A stretch of DNA of 64,000 bases, taken from contig CAKPLD010000002.1 in the NCBI GenBank assembly GCA_934167225.1, positions 8,261-72,260 of the forward strand, in the 5' to 3' direction. Numbering within the stretch: the stretch's first letter is position 1; each line of letters begins with the position of its first letter. The notes beneath the pieces are model-generated. The model saw only the letters and a program-made list of their open reading frames with translations. It had not been told where the DNA came from and ran no database searches. Shown in pieces: positions 1 to 9,370 of this stretch. The DNA comes from an uncultured Clostridia bacterium. Lineage in GTDB: Bacteria > Bacillota > Clostridia > TANB77 > CAG-508. The position numbers and the translations under genes were made by a program.

Positions 1-1370
1 ATCATTTTGCATATGAAGATTTTACTGTAATAGACACAGTAATAATGGGAAACAAGGAATTATACGACATAATGAAAGCCAAAGAAGAGATATATGCTAA
101 ACCTGATTTTTCCGAAGAAGATGGAATGAAAGCAGCAAAATTAGAAGAAAGATTTGCTGAACTTGATGGATGGAATGCAGAATCAGATGCTGCAATGCTA
201 TTAAATGATTTAGGGATTGTACCAGAAAATCATTATAAATTAATGAAAGATATAGAAGCAAGGGAAAAAGTAAAGGTACTTTTAGCACAAAGTTTATTTG
301 GAAATCCAGACATACTTTTACTAGATGAGCCTACAAATGATTTAGATTTAAAAAGTATAAATTGGTTACAAGAATTTTTAATAAACTTTGAAAATACTGT
401 AATTGTAGTATCACATGATAGATATTTTTTAAACAAAGTTTGTACATATATAGCAGATGTAGACTTTGGAAAAATAACAGTTTATCCAGGAAATTATGAT
501 TTTTGGTATGAATCAAGTCAATTAGCATTAAAACAAGCAAGAGAACAAAATAAGAAAAAGGAAGAAAAAATAAAAGAATTACAAGATTTTATTGCAAGAT
601 TTAGTGCAAATGCGTCAAAATCAAAACAAGCAACATCAAGAAAGAAAACATTGGAGAAAATTCAGTTAGATGAAATAAGACCATCAAACAGAAAATATCC
701 TTACGTAGATTTTAAGCCAGATAGAGAACCAGGAAAAGAAATATTACAAGTAAAAAATATATCAAAAACAATAAATGGAGAAAAAATTCTAGACAATATT
801 TCATTTACAGTAAAATCAAAAGACAAAATAGCATTTTTAGCAGACAATGAAAATGCAAAAACAGTATTATTCCAAATAATAGAGGGAGAATTAGAACCTG
901 ATGAGGGAGAAATAATTTGGGGACAAACTATTACACATACTTATTTCCCTAAGGATAACAGCTATTTATTTGAAACAGACGAAAATATTACAGATTGGCT
1001 AAGAAAGTATTCAAAGGATCCAGATGAGACATATGTAAGAAGTTTCTTAGGAAGAATGTTATTTTCTGGTGAAGAGGCACTTAAAAAAGCAAAGGTAATT
1101 TCAGGTGGAGAAAAAGTTAGATGCGTTCTTTCTAAAATGATGTTATCTGGTGCAAATTTCTTAATTATGGACGAACCTACAAACCATTTGGATATGGAAA
1201 GTATTACATCTGTAAATGAGGGAATGAAGAAATTTATTGGAAATATTTTGTTTACATCACATGACCACGAATTAACTCAAACAGTCGCAAATAGAATTAT
1301 TGACATAAAGCATGATGGAAAAGTAATTGATAGAGAAGTTACTTATAATGAGTATTTAGGAGTGGAATAA
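1..1370 (+). CDS. ABC-F family ATP-binding protein (5' end lies outside the window)
   Basis: Frame 3 is open from base 3 (HFAYEDFTVIDTVIMGNKELYD). NBD1 Walker B/H-loop are LLLDEPTNDLD and VVSHDRYFL. A charged inter-domain linker follows (KKKEEKIKELQDFIARFSANASKSKQATSRKK), then a second NBD (SGGEKVRCVL, LIMDEPTNHLD, FTSHDHE). There is no membrane domain. Confidence 0.9.
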   Translation, partial: HFAYEDFTVIDTVIMGNKELYDIMKAKEEIYAKPDFSEEDGMKAAKLEERFAELDGWNAESDAAMLLNDLGIVPENHYKLMKDIEAREKVKVLLAQSLFGNPDILLLDEPTNDLDLKSINWLQEFLINFENTVIVVSHDRYFLNKVCTYIADVDFGKITVYPGNYDFWYESSQLALKQAREQNKKKEEKIKELQDFIARFSANASKSKQATSRKKTLEKIQLDEIRPSNRKYPYVDFKPDREPGKEILQVKNISKTINGEKILDNISFTVKSKDKIAFLADNENAKTVLFQIIEGELEPDEGEIIWGQTITHTYFPKDNSYLFETDENITDWLRKYSKDPDETYVRSFLGRMLFSGEEALKKAKVISGGEKVRCVLSKMMLSGANFLIMDEPTNHLDMESITSVNEGMKKFIGNILFTSHDHELTQTVANRIIDIKHDGKVIDREVTYNEYLGVE

Positions 1371-1380
1371 AAAATAAAAA

Positions 1381-1401
1381 TCGCAAAATTTAATTTTGCG
1401 A
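1381..1401. terminator. Bidirectional intrinsic terminator between convergent genes
   Basis: Perfect hairpin tcgcaaaatt-t-aattttgcga, flanked by an A-run upstream and a T-run downstream. Confidence 0.75.
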
Positions 1402-1411
1402 TTTTTATTTT

Positions 1412-2210
1412 TTATTCAATTTTGCTTTTATCTACAACAGTAGTTTCAATTGAATTATTATCACCATTAGCAAATTTATAAAATGCAATAATTGCAAATT
1501 GTGCGTAAGGAACAAGCCATAAATATCCAATTCCAAATGTAAATATAGCTAAAATAGCCCAACCAATAAATGATAATTGTAAACAGAATAATTTACCACG
1601 TTTACTAGCCATTAATTTTTCGCTTTCCTTAACAGCCTCTTTAGATGATAATTCTGGTTTTTCAGCTGAAACTATATATGATAGTTGATAGTAATATGAT
1701 TTTGTTATACTCCAAATTAAAGAAGCAACTAAAAGTATAGCACCAACTAATGCCAATATTCCTCCGGTTAAGGCTGCTGTTCTTCCGGTATGCCGATGGT
1801 CCTCCATATGATAAAAGCAATGCTGAGCTTGAAATTCTGTATATTCCATATGTAAGAATCATAAAAGATATAAAGCTCAATACTACAGGAAGTATCATTT
1901 TTAATACTATTTGCCAAGTAATCCCCCAGCTTTTTCCGAAATTGCTAAAACCTGATGATAGAAAATCGAAAGCTTTTACGTCTTCATTATTAAATAATCT
2001 TACGAGTGAGATTATTAATCCTAAAGATAAAGGAACTTCGATAACCGCAACAATTAGTGATATAAGAGTTTCGATGGAGTCTGAAAATAGACTTTCAATA
2101 ATACCTAAAACTGCAAATATAAATGTATATGCTAGAGCAATACATGCAGCTTTCCCCCATTTACCAGATAATTTTTCGCGTGCTTCTTTTCTGAAATCAG
2201 AAGAAACCAT
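1412..2210 (-). CDS. DUF975 family membrane protein, split into two ORFs by a +1 break at an in-frame CGG (minus-strand codon at 1787-1785)
   Basis: The N-terminal ORF (2210..1662 frame) reads MVSSDFRKEAREKLSGKWGKAA... and the C-terminal ORF (1849..1412 frame) ends ...KRGKLFCLQLSFIGWAILAIFTFGIGYLWLVPYAQ, a typical DUF975 C-terminus. The junction reads GCA TAC CGG AAG. Skipping the C gives TAC GGA AGA ACA, i.e. ...GGPSAY-GRTAALTGGILALVG. Conventional annotation would call this a frameshifted pseudogene. Confidence 0.75.
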
Positions 2211-2299
2211 AAATATACACCCCTTTCTTTTGTTATAAGTATATGATATAAGAAGTAAAAATAAATGTCAATACAAAATGGAACAAAAATCGACAAAAG

Positions 2300-2530
2300 T
2301 TACAGTATTCTTTTACTTTTTGAATAAGGTTTAATCTCATCTGTAATACCAACAAGATAATCAATAGAAGTATTATAAAAGGTTGCTAATTTAATCAAAT
2401 TATTTATATCAATTACTATTTCACCAGATTCGTATCTTGAATAAGTTTGCTGTGTGCAAGATAAAATTTTAGCCATATCTTTTTGCGTTAAATCTTTATC
2501 TTCTCTAAGTTCACGTATTCGTAAATGCAT
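2300..2530 (-). CDS. XRE-family helix-turn-helix transcriptional regulator
   Basis: 76 aa containing LTQKDMAKILSCTQQTYSRYESGE, a classic Cro/C1 HTH. It is divergent from the pilin-like gene. Confidence 0.85.
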   Translation of the reverse strand: MHLRIRELREDKDLTQKDMAKILSCTQQTYSRYESGEIVIDINNLIKLATFYNTSIDYLVGITDEIKPYSKSKRIL

Positions 2531-2573
2531 AAAATCACCTCAAAATGATTATAAAATATTCGTAATAAGCGTA

Positions 2574-2602
2574 TTGACAAATACACGCAATACGTGTATT
2601 AT
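2574..2602 (+). promoter_or_regulatory. Sigma-A-like promoter with an embedded palindromic operator
   Basis: TTGACA (2574-2579), 17-nt spacer, TATTAT (2597-2602). A perfect 8-bp inverted repeat AATACACG-N5-CGTGTATT (2580-2600) fills the spacer. It is followed by AGGAGG and the ATG at 2632. Confidence 0.55.
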
Positions 2603-2631
2603 AAAAATAAAAAAATATTAGGAGGAAATAA

Positions 2632-3798
2632 ATGAGAAACAAAGGAATAACACTGATAGCACTTGTTGTTACAGTAATAGTATTAATAATATTATCTGGA
2701 GTTGTTATTACCATGCTCACGGGTGAGAGTGGAATATTAACACAAGTGCAAAACGCCAAGATCGTAACTGAAATATCACAAATGAAAGAAGAATGGAATA
2801 TAAAGAAAACAGAGTTAGAAATTGAAGAAATAAATACAGAAGACATAAATGTTTCTGGAGAAGATGTAAAAAATTATATAAAAAGTATGCCAAACAATTG
2901 GGTAAAAAAAATATCCATAGAAAAAGGAGAGCTGGCATACGATATTAACCAATGTTCTGAAGAAGAACAATTAATGTTAAAGTCGGATTATGGATTTAAA
3001 GCAGTAGGGGATAATGTGGCACCATATGGATCGATTGAAAAGAAAATAAAAGATGGAAAAGTACAGATAACAGTTTATTCAGCAGATGATGAAAGTGATG
3101 TAGATGAAATAATTTTACCAGATGGAAGTTGTAAAAAAATTCAGTATGATACAGAAAATATATTGGTAAAAGGAACGCTTTTCAAAGCAGAGGGTATAAC
3201 TAAAGAAACATTAGGCAAATATTTTAAAAATATTACAATTGACGAAAATAATCAGATTGCTGAATTATCAGAAGTCGAAAAATATAATGTAATTTTAGAT
3301 TTGAATGCTTATGCACAGCCATACGATTACAAATTTCTTAATAGATGTTTTGAACATGGGAAAAATTTAATAACATCTGGAAATGACTCAAAAGAAAAAT
3401 TATCAATTATAGAAAAGAGTACTGAAGAAGCTGATAATGTATATGTACAAATTGATAAAGAAAATGAAGTAACAAAATATTATAATCCTATACCTGGTAG
3501 AGATTCGCTAACAGTTATACAATTTAGAGATAATACGGATATATGGTGCACATCAACTGTAGGGGGATTAAATGGAGATGCAGTAGGTGAATATGAATCT
3601 GAAAATGGCAATAGGTGGATTCATCATCATGTAGGTGAACTAAAAAATTCTGTGTTATATTACAGAAATGCTATTTACAGGATAACAGGTTCAAGAAGTG
3701 CAACATATGAAGTAGATAAAAATGGTACATATAAATTTATAATAAAAGATTTGTCTGGAAATGAAACAGAAATAAGTACAGAAGTAACAGAATTATAA
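2632..3798 (+). CDS. Secreted or surface protein with a prepilin-like (class III signal peptide-like) N-terminus
   Basis: MRNKGITLIALVVTVIVLIILSGVVITML resembles the prepilin cleavage/methylation segment (G|hTLIxL + hydrophobic helix), but Ala replaces the usual Glu+5. I do not recognise a family for the remaining 350 aa. Confidence 0.5.
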   Translation: MRNKGITLIALVVTVIVLIILSGVVITMLTGESGILTQVQNAKIVTEISQMKEEWNIKKTELEIEEINTEDINVSGEDVKNYIKSMPNNWVKKISIEKGELAYDINQCSEEEQLMLKSDYGFKAVGDNVAPYGSIEKKIKDGKVQITVYSADDESDVDEIILPDGSCKKIQYDTENILVKGTLFKAEGITKETLGKYFKNITIDENNQIAELSEVEKYNVILDLNAYAQPYDYKFLNRCFEHGKNLITSGNDSKEKLSIIEKSTEEADNVYVQIDKENEVTKYYNPIPGRDSLTVIQFRDNTDIWCTSTVGGLNGDAVGEYESENGNRWIHHHVGELKNSVLYYRNAIYRITGSRSATYEVDKNGTYKFIIKDLSGNETEISTEVTEL

Positions 3799-3879
3799 CT
3801 GAAATAAATTTACCAAACCCCTTGAAAATTGCGACCTTAATCTGTTATAATAACAAAAAAACAGAAAGGAAAAAAACAA

Positions 3880-6063
3880 ATGGATAAAATAACACAAACA
3901 ATCGCAAGCGAATTACAAGTAAAACCTACTCAAGTAGAAAATGCAATAAAATTAATAGACGAAGGAAATACAATACCATTTATCGCAAGATACAGAAAAG
4001 AAGTAACAGGTGGACTAAGTGATGAAGAATTAAGAATATTAGGAGAAAGACTAACATATCTAAGAAACCTAGAACAAAGAAAACAAGAAATAATAAAATC
4101 AATAGAAGAACAAGGAAAGTTAACAGACGAAATAGTAAAACAAACAGAAATAGCTTCAACTTTAGCAGAAGTAGAAGACATATATAGACCATATAAGCAA
4201 AAGAAAAAAACAAGAGCAACAGTAGCAAAAGCTAAGGGATTAGAGCCTTTAGCAGAAATTATAAAAGAGCAAAAAGAAACAACAGATATATTTGAAATTG
4301 CTAAAGAATATGTAAATATAGAAAGTTTATCTGAAGAAGATAAGAAAAATAAAGACAAAGTTGTAGCGGACGAAGAATCTGCAATTGCTGGGGCATTAGA
4401 CATAATAGCAGAAGAAATATCGGATAATAGCGAATTCAGAAAAAAAATAAAGAAAATCTGTTATAGAGAAGGATTAATATCTACAAAGGCTGTAAAAGAA
4501 GACGAAAAATCAAATTATGAAATGTACTATGATTATAGTGAAGTTGTATCAAGAATTCCAAGTCACAGAATTTTGGCAATAAATAGAGGAGAAAAAGAGG
4601 AATTTTTAAAAGTAAAAATAGACAAAAACGAAGAAAAAATTCTTCAAATAATAGAAAGAGAAGTAATAAAAGGACAAACACAATTTACCGAAATGCTTAA
4701 AAATACAATACTAGACAGTTTTAAAAGATTAATTGAGCCATCAATAGACAGAGAAATACGTTCAGACCTAACAGAAAAAGCAGAAGAAAAAGCAATAAAA
4801 GTGTTTGGACAAAATGCAAAACAATTATTACTTGGAGCACCAATAAAAGGAAAAACAGTTATGGGATTTGACCCTGCATACAGAACAGGATGTAAAATTG
4901 CAGTAATAGATGAAACTGGAAAAGTTTTAGATATAGCAACAGTATATCCAACAGCTCCACAAAATGATGTAGAAGGAGCCAAAAAAGAACTATTAAAGCT
5001 AATAGAAAAAGACAATGTAAACATGATAGCAATTGGAAATGGTACGGCTTCACGAGAATCAGAAGCATTTGTTGCAGACATGATAAAAGAAGCTAAACAC
5101 GAAGTAAATTATGTAATAGTAAGTGAGGCTGGGGCATCAGTTTATTCAGCATCAAAACTTGCAACAGAAGAATACCCAGATATAAATGTATCTATAAGAG
5201 GAGCAATATCAATAGCAAGGAGACTTCAAGACCCACTTGCAGAGCTTGTAAAAATAGACCCAAAAGCAATAGGAGTTGGGCAATATCAACATGACGTAAA
5301 TCAGAAAAAATTAGCTGAAAGCCTTACAGGCGTAGTGGAAGATGCAGTTAACAAAGTTGGAGTAGATGTAAATACTGCAACACCTTCATTATTAAGCTAT
5401 GTATCTGGAATAAATTCGAGTATTGCGAAAAATATTGTAAAATATAGAGATGAAAATGGAAAACTAAAAACAAGAAAAGAATTATTGAAAGTTCCAAAGT
5501 TAGGTAAAGTTGCATTTGAGCAATGTGCTGGTTTCTTAAGAATAGTTGATGGAACAAATCCTCTAGAAATAACAGCAGTTCACCCAGAAAGTTATGATGC
5601 TGCTGAAAAGTTGCTTGAAAGTGTTGGATTTGAAAAAGAAGATTTAAAAAGTAAAGATAAAGTAATCGATTTAAGAGAAAAACTAAAATCTGTTGATATA
5701 GCCAAAGAATCTAAGGATTTAGATGTTGGAGAATTAACATTAAAAGACATAGTAGACGAACTTTCAAAGCCAGGAAGAGATCCAAGAGACGAAATGCCAA
5801 AACCAATTTTAAGGCAAGATGTTTTAAAATTTGAAGACCTAAAAGAAGGAATGATACTTCCAGGAACCGTAAGAAATGTAATTGATTTTGGAGCATTTGT
5901 AGACATTGGTGTAAAATATGATGGCTTAGTTCATATTTCGGAAATGAGTGACAAATATATAAAAAATCCTTCAGAAATTGTATCTGTTGGGGATATTGTA
6001 AAAGTTAAAGTTATAAAAATTGATATGGATAGACATAAAGTGGGATTGAGTATGAAAATATAG
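3880..6063 (+). CDS. tex: Tex-like transcription accessory protein (YqgF/HhH/S1 domains)
   Basis: 727 aa. N-terminus is IASELQVKPTQVENAIKLIDEGNTIPFIARYRKE. A YqgF-like core follows (MGFDPAYRTGCKIAVIDETGK) and a C-terminal S1 domain (GTVRNVIDFGAFVDIGVKYDGLVHISEM). Confidence 0.92.
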   Translation: MDKITQTIASELQVKPTQVENAIKLIDEGNTIPFIARYRKEVTGGLSDEELRILGERLTYLRNLEQRKQEIIKSIEEQGKLTDEIVKQTEIASTLAEVEDIYRPYKQKKKTRATVAKAKGLEPLAEIIKEQKETTDIFEIAKEYVNIESLSEEDKKNKDKVVADEESAIAGALDIIAEEISDNSEFRKKIKKICYREGLISTKAVKEDEKSNYEMYYDYSEVVSRIPSHRILAINRGEKEEFLKVKIDKNEEKILQIIEREVIKGQTQFTEMLKNTILDSFKRLIEPSIDREIRSDLTEKAEEKAIKVFGQNAKQLLLGAPIKGKTVMGFDPAYRTGCKIAVIDETGKVLDIATVYPTAPQNDVEGAKKELLKLIEKDNVNMIAIGNGTASRESEAFVADMIKEAKHEVNYVIVSEAGASVYSASKLATEEYPDINVSIRGAISIARRLQDPLAELVKIDPKAIGVGQYQHDVNQKKLAESLTGVVEDAVNKVGVDVNTATPSLLSYVSGINSSIAKNIVKYRDENGKLKTRKELLKVPKLGKVAFEQCAGFLRIVDGTNPLEITAVHPESYDAAEKLLESVGFEKEDLKSKDKVIDLREKLKSVDIAKESKDLDVGELTLKDIVDELSKPGRDPRDEMPKPILRQDVLKFEDLKEGMILPGTVRNVIDFGAFVDIGVKYDGLVHISEMSDKYIKNPSEIVSVGDIVKVKVIKIDMDRHKVGLSMKI

Positions 6064-6082
6064 TTAAAAATATAACTTAAAA

Positions 6083-6114
6083 ATAGAAGTAATTCAAAAA
6101 TTACTTCTATTTTT
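6083..6114 (+). terminator. Intrinsic terminator after tex
   Basis: 12-bp perfect stem atagaagtaatt/aattacttctat, 4-nt loop, T-run. Confidence 0.8.
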
Positions 6115-6263
6115 AAAATTGGTGCAACCAATTAGACGAACAATGAACCACAAATGGTGTAAAATAAATAAAATTAGTAATAAAAATAAAATATAATATA
6201 AAAAACATATTGCAATTTAATAAAATTATATTTATAATGTGGGTATAATAAGGAGGAAAATTA

Positions 6264-7340
6264 ATGAGAATAGGAAACACACAAAATGCTGAAAATAACA
6301 AAAACAGCACATACAAAATCCTAGCTGTAGATGACGAAGCAGGAATAATAGATTCTTTGTCAATATTTTTAAGAAGATCAGGATATTCATTTACAGGAAT
6401 AACCGATCCAGTAGAAGCAATTGAAAGAATAAAAAATGAACACTTTGATTTATTATTATTAGACTTTATCATGACACCACTTCATGGAGACCAAGTAGTA
6501 GAAGAAATAAGAAAATTTAATAAAGAATTATATATTTTGTTACTTACAGGGCATAAGGATTTAGCTCCTCCATTAGATACAATAAGAAGACTAGACATTC
6601 AAGGATACTGTGAGAAAAGTGATAAATTTGATCAACTATTATTATTAATTGAATCAGGAGTCAAATCAGTAGAACAAATGCGCCAAATAAAGGCAATAAA
6701 CGAAAAGCTAGCAAATACATATCAACAATTAGAACAAGCATATATGGAAAGTATACAAACGGTTAGATATACAGTTGAAGCAAAAGATACATATACAAGA
6801 GGACACTCAGATCGTGTATCAGAATACTCTGTATTAATTGGTAAAAAATTAGGATTATCAGAAGAAGATATAAAAAGGCTTAGAGTTGGTGGTTTATTCC
6901 ATGATGTAGGTAAAATTGGAGTTCCAGATAATATACTACAAAAAAACGGAAAATTATCTGATGATGAATATTCAGAAATAAAAAATCATCCAACAATTGG
7001 AGCACATATTTTATCAACAGCTTCAATATTTCAGGATATTTTGCCAATAGTAAAACATCATCATGAAAGATATGATGGAAGAGGATACCCAGAAATGTTA
7101 AAAGGAGAAGAAATACCATATTTAGCCAGAATAACAGCAATAGCAGATACTTTTGATGCGATGACTTCAAAAAGAGTGTATAGAGATTCACTTCCTTTGG
7201 AAACCGTAATTGAAGAATTTAAACGTTGCAGAGGAACACAGTTTGATCCTGAATTAGATGATTTGTTTGTTGATATTTTAGAAAATGATTATGAGGAAAT
7301 TAAGAAAATTCAAGATAAATATCCAACAGAAGAAATATAA
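6264..7340 (+). CDS. Response regulator with an HD-GYP domain (putative c-di-GMP phosphodiesterase)
   Basis: REC domain (ILAVDDEAG, LLLLDFIMTP, LLLTGH). HD-GYP motifs are HSDRV, FHDVGKIGVPD and HHERYDGRGYP. Confidence 0.88.
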   Translation: MRIGNTQNAENNKNSTYKILAVDDEAGIIDSLSIFLRRSGYSFTGITDPVEAIERIKNEHFDLLLLDFIMTPLHGDQVVEEIRKFNKELYILLLTGHKDLAPPLDTIRRLDIQGYCEKSDKFDQLLLLIESGVKSVEQMRQIKAINEKLANTYQQLEQAYMESIQTVRYTVEAKDTYTRGHSDRVSEYSVLIGKKLGLSEEDIKRLRVGGLFHDVGKIGVPDNILQKNGKLSDDEYSEIKNHPTIGAHILSTASIFQDILPIVKHHHERYDGRGYPEMLKGEEIPYLARITAIADTFDAMTSKRVYRDSLPLETVIEEFKRCRGTQFDPELDDLFVDILENDYEEIKKIQDKYPTEEI

Positions 7341-7343
7341 AGA

Positions 7344-7386
7344 ATTAAGGAGTAGTTATAAAATATTTTATAACTGCTCCTTAATT
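7344..7386. terminator. Bidirectional terminator between the convergent HD-GYP regulator and kinase genes
   Basis: 18-bp stem aattaaggagtagttata / tataactgctccttaatt with one mismatch, flanked by A/T runs. Confidence 0.7.
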
Positions 7387-7387
7387 T

Positions 7388-9370
7388 TTATAATGGTAAA
7401 ATTATATTAAATTTAGTTCCTTTTCCTTCTTCTGATTCAAAAGTAATATTTCCGTTAAAATGTGCTTTTATAGTTGAGTAAGACATGTAAAGTCCAAGAC
7501 CTGTACCATTTTTTCCTTTTGTTGTAATCATTTCTTTGAATAATTTATCTTTAACTTTTTGTGGCAAACCAGATGCATGATCTTCAATTGAAATTATTAA
7601 ATTGTTGTTATCGTCTGTATTAAAATCAAGGTTGATTTCTTCTTCTGTTTTGCCATTATATGCTTGGATTGCATTTGAAATCATGTTGTTGATAACTTGG
7701 ACTAGGCTGTTTACGTCGCCGTGGATAGTAATTTTATTGTTAACATACATATGAACATTTAAATAAATAATGGCATTTTTTAGTTCATGTTTCATTAGTA
7801 TATCTACTCTTTTTACTAATTCTTCTAAGTCAAAGAAAATATTTTCTGTTTCAGAAAGATTAACGGTTTGACCTTTTACGGCGGTTATTACATCTGACAT
7901 ATATGCAGTATAATCTCTTATTTTTTGAACCCAAGAAGACATATCTTTGGCAATATCGTGGTAATCATCATTAGTAACTATAGGATTACCAATAGAATTA
8001 TTTAATTCATTAATTAAGTCATCTAAACCTTCGCTTGCACCAGATATAGACATAATTGGAGTTTTCAAGTTATGAGCAATTCCTCCAATCATTTGACCAA
8101 GAGAAGCCAAACGCTCTTGTTCAATAAGTTGATTTTGATTTGATTTTATAGTAGCAATATTCTTTTTAGTAATTTTTTGAATATCGTTAAAGGCAATTGT
8201 TAGTTGACCAATTTCGTTAGTATCCGTAATAGGTAAATTTTTTAAATTAAAAATATTTTTTTGTTCAGCGATCTCAGCAAGACTTTCAGCTACTTGAATG
8301 ATATTTCTACTTACTTTTTTAGACCAAATGATAAGTATAAAAATATAAAATATCGTAGAAACAATAGATATTGTAAAGAAATATCTAATAAGTTCTGAAT
8401 TTGTTGTTGAATATTTAAATCCTATGTATACATGCTCACCATTGCTTAGAGTAACAGATTTTATATACCCCTCTTCTTCAACACCGTAATATTCGTAACC
8501 CCTACCGTCGGTTTTGTCTAAGTACATATTAGCATATTTCAAAAAAAAGTTTGAAATATTACCATCATTATTTGAAATTATAGTTTCATTGTCACTTACA
8601 ATAAAATAGTAGTCATCACTATTTTTTAAAGGGATAGAATTTAGTATATGTTTTAGTTCATCAGTAGATTTGTTATCACAATCAAAGGCATTTAAATATA
8701 ATTTGTAATAATAATAATTTTCCTCTCCAATTGCATTACAAGTTCGTGAGTATCCTAATAAAGATATCGTTATAAGTAAAACAATAAAAAATGGCAAAAG
8801 ATTATATAACAATTCTCTAGAGAATTTAGATGGATGTTGAATTGGTGCATAATTACTATTAATAGCATAAGTTGATTTTATAATAGCATCCATATCACTT
8901 TGTGTAAGAATACCTGAAATTAGACCTGCGACAGAAAAGAAAGAAAAGTATATCAGTAAAAATTTAAAAATTAAATGCAAATCTAATTTCATAGAACTGA
9001 AAAGTATGATAAGAACTAGTATAATAACAATAAGTTGTACAAAAATGATTTGCTTTTGAAAGATAAAACATTTCTTTCTAATATGTTCTAATTCATTAAA
9101 TGAATGTTTAACAGTGTCATAGTTTTTTACATATTTAAAAACATCTTTTAAAATAATACTAACAAATGTTATGTATAAAACAATACCTAAAAAACCTAAA
9201 AGTAAATATTGCATATTGTGTGTAATAGGTTCAATTTGTTTTTGAAATGCCATATTTTCTGAGTTTGGAGGATAGTTGGAAAGCTTAGGAACTAGAAAGT
9301 TCATAAGCATAATCACAACAACTTCCAATAAAATTAATTTTCCATAAATATTTCTCTTAATGTGTTTCAT
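7388..9370 (-). CDS. Membrane sensor histidine kinase
   Basis: 660 aa with multiple N-terminal TM segments. H-box is LGQMIGGIAHNLKTPI. HATPase_c N/G boxes are NNMISNAIQA and TTKGKNGTGLGLY. Its ATG overlaps the NRPS stop codon (ATGA at 9370-9367). Confidence 0.88.
   Translation of the reverse strand: MKHIKRNIYGKLILLEVVVIMLMNFLVPKLSNYPPNSENMAFQKQIEPITHNMQYLLLGFLGIVLYITFVSIILKDVFKYVKNYDTVKHSFNELEHIRKKCFIFQKQIIFVQLIVIILVLIILFSSMKLDLHLIFKFLLIYFSFFSVAGLISGILTQSDMDAIIKSTYAINSNYAPIQHPSKFSRELLYNLLPFFIVLLITISLLGYSRTCNAIGEENYYYYKLYLNAFDCDNKSTDELKHILNSIPLKNSDDYYFIVSDNETIISNNDGNISNFFLKYANMYLDKTDGRGYEYYGVEEEGYIKSVTLSNGEHVYIGFKYSTTNSELIRYFFTISIVSTIFYIFILIIWSKKVSRNIIQVAESLAEIAEQKNIFNLKNLPITDTNEIGQLTIAFNDIQKITKKNIATIKSNQNQLIEQERLASLGQMIGGIAHNLKTPIMSISGASEGLDDLINELNNSIGNPIVTNDDYHDIAKDMSSWVQKIRDYTAYMSDVITAVKGQTVNLSETENIFFDLEELVKRVDILMKHELKNAIIYLNVHMYVNNKITIHGDVNSLVQVINNMISNAIQAYNGKTEEEINLDFNTDDNNNLIISIEDHASGLPQKVKDKLFKEMITTKGKNGTGLGLYMSYSTIKAHFNGNITFESEEGKGTKFNIILPL

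Noticed and set aside
3930-4403. Many long antisense or alternative-frame ORFs in the six-frame track, e.g. 3930-4403(-), 4644-5081(-), 22084-22623(-), 40533-41108(-), 52291-52824(-), 58108-58512(-).
   Set aside because: They lie entirely inside well-supported genes on the other strand or frame. They have low-complexity Leu/Phe/Ile/Ser-rich translations typical of AT-rich DNA, no RBS and no recognisable motifs.
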